Assembly (NCBI RefSeq): GCF_963506605.1
Contig: NC_083280.1
Coordinates: 70,680,001 to 70,744,000, forward strand
Length of the DNA: 64,000 nt
From: Zootoca vivipara
Taxonomy: Eukaryota
Reading direction: 5' to 3'
Position 1 is the first letter of the stretch; the number at the start of each line of letters is the position of its first letter. Under the pieces are notes generated by a model. That model did no database searches. It was not told the DNA's origin and saw only the letters and a program-made list of their open reading frames with translations. Shown piece after piece: positions 62,396 through 64,000 of this stretch. Both the position numbers and the translations under genes were made by a program.

Positions 62396-64000
62396 TAGAA
62401 GCCTGCCTTTCTGCCTTTTCCTCGCTGCTGTATAGAACAGTACAGTACATTCAGCTTGTTGTAAGGGCAGGCTGCAGTTGAAGCTACTGACCTCAGAGAC
62501 CCTGACAAGGAAGACACACTTGAGGCTGCTTGTTTCCTCAGCCTGGCACTGTTGATATCAGACTGTGCCTTGTCTCAGCCACACACCCCTTTTCACACAT
62601 TACTGGAGGCAGCCAGCTCCAGAATACAGGTCTGACATGGTAATGATTCTGAATTTGTTTTGTAACAAGGTTTTGATGAAGGGAAGAATAAGGACCCCTT
62701 AATTTCATTATTAATATTTAGTTGTTTTTCTATTTATTCATGCAACCCTAGTTAAGGAAATAGCCTACACTTCCTGTCCCTAATTTAGCAAAGCAAAAAT
62801 GCTTTAATACAGCATTCAGTCTTTGTGTGGCTCGTGTAAGAGGTTATTCATCTCCTTTTAATGAATCACCAAATAATCACTAAATCAGCAACTTACATTC
62901 AGCAATCTCATGTGCTCGACAAATATTAATGAATTGAACTTCACAATACCTCACGGAGGGAGGACAATATTAATAGCATTATGTTTCAGATGAGAAAATA
63001 GAGATGCAACCACAAGGAAATCACACGGTCACGTAAGGCTTTGGCACACTTAGGAACAGTAATAAGTAATTATTCTGAGGCCTTAATCTGCATTGCAAAT
63101 GGGTCTTGCTTTTATACTCGGTTTTGACTGCCATGGTTTGCCTTAAAGAATCATGGGAACTTTAATGTAGTCAGGTGCGAGAATTCTGTTAGCAAGATTC
63201 CTTGGGAAGAGGGAATAGCTATTAAAACAATTTTACCCTGTAGATATGCCCCTTGGGGATATGCCCCAAGTCACTGCCCTCAATTCCCATTATTTTCCTT
63301 CTTTAAATAGAAATATCATATAAGATCTTCTTTTTTGTATGTATGTATCATTATTATTTAATTTGGCAACTTGAATGCTAAAGCTGGTTGAATGTCAAAG
63401 CCAGGCAGCTTCCAATATTCCTAAGGGAACTTCATTGCTGCATCCCAGTGATGTTCTCTCTTTTTAGGTCAGGATGCCCTCTAGTACCAATGTACAGTTA
63501 CTAGAGTTACATCACCATCTTTTTAAAGTGATGAAAGTTGGGGCAATCTCCATTTGCTGCCCTGATCTTCTGCCGTCCTTGCCATTTTGCTCTTGCTCAT
63601 CTTTATGGCGTTGCTTTGCACCTGGCTATGAACCATGCAGAAAACATTTCCCCAACATTGTTTCAAGGCTTCCTTCTCCATATTTCACGATCTTTCCTCA
63701 ATCCACTGAAAAAGTCAGTTGTGTTCCAAAAGTGCCTTCGTCTTGTCCCTTCTTTAATGGCCTTCCATAAGTTTGTGAAAACCTTCCTTTTTGAGAAAGC
63801 TTTTCAGTTGTAGATTGTTTTACTATATTGGATTTACTCAGCTAAATTAGTGGGGGGAGGGGGTTAGTGGTTTGTTTGTTTTTAGTCTTGAAAGTGTAGT
63901 TCATCGCCTTTCTGAAGTCAAGAATACCAAGAACAAAAAACAGCATCACAACAACCCTTTGTATATAAGATTTCTGCACATAGGAAAATAATCAAATTCA

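Larger units (their letters stand above)
22915..64000 (+). other. CDH23: CDH23 long intron; next exon (SSVTQLLA.DMDNDPLVFGV...) not found in the window
   Basis: Donor at 22915. A visual scan found no sequence encoding the next EC1 segment. The orthologous mammalian intron is also tens of kb. Confidence 0.7.

Noticed and set aside
22915-64000. Nested genes or further CDH23 exons
   Set aside because: No cadherin-repeat peptide or other recognisable host protein in the ORF track or by visual scan; very short exons could have been missed.

Overview
Vertebrate nuclear DNA from a squamate, most likely a lacertid lizard, judged from Sauria SINEs, a Squam3-like SINE and a tRNA-Lys/CR1-tail SINE. There are three small N gaps. 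The window lies inside the 5' part of cadherin-23 (CDH23, + strand). It holds the first coding exon (7986-8057, ATG 7991, signal peptide) and the 78-nt next exon (22837-22914, start of EC1). Spliced translation: MECHFSARIIFLALLFSEWVCLGLSNRLPYFLNYFFDTYLLINEDTPV(G). I did not find the next exon, so the following intron appears to be >41 kb. The rest is intronic and dense in transposable elements: many hAT MITE families with 8-bp TSDs, Tigger/pogo-type MITEs, a decayed mariner interrupted by a solo LTR, a second solo LTR, an apparently complete non-autonomous Helitron, L1/L2/CR1 fragments, SINEs and microsatellites. Almost all listed ORFs are spurious. I found no convincing new biological system. 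The best leads are the Helitron, the nested TE structures, the MITE cluster around the frame-preserving exon, tip-link-region substitutions in CDH23 and several candidate enhancers. All coordinates were read by eye and family names come from recall, not from database searches.
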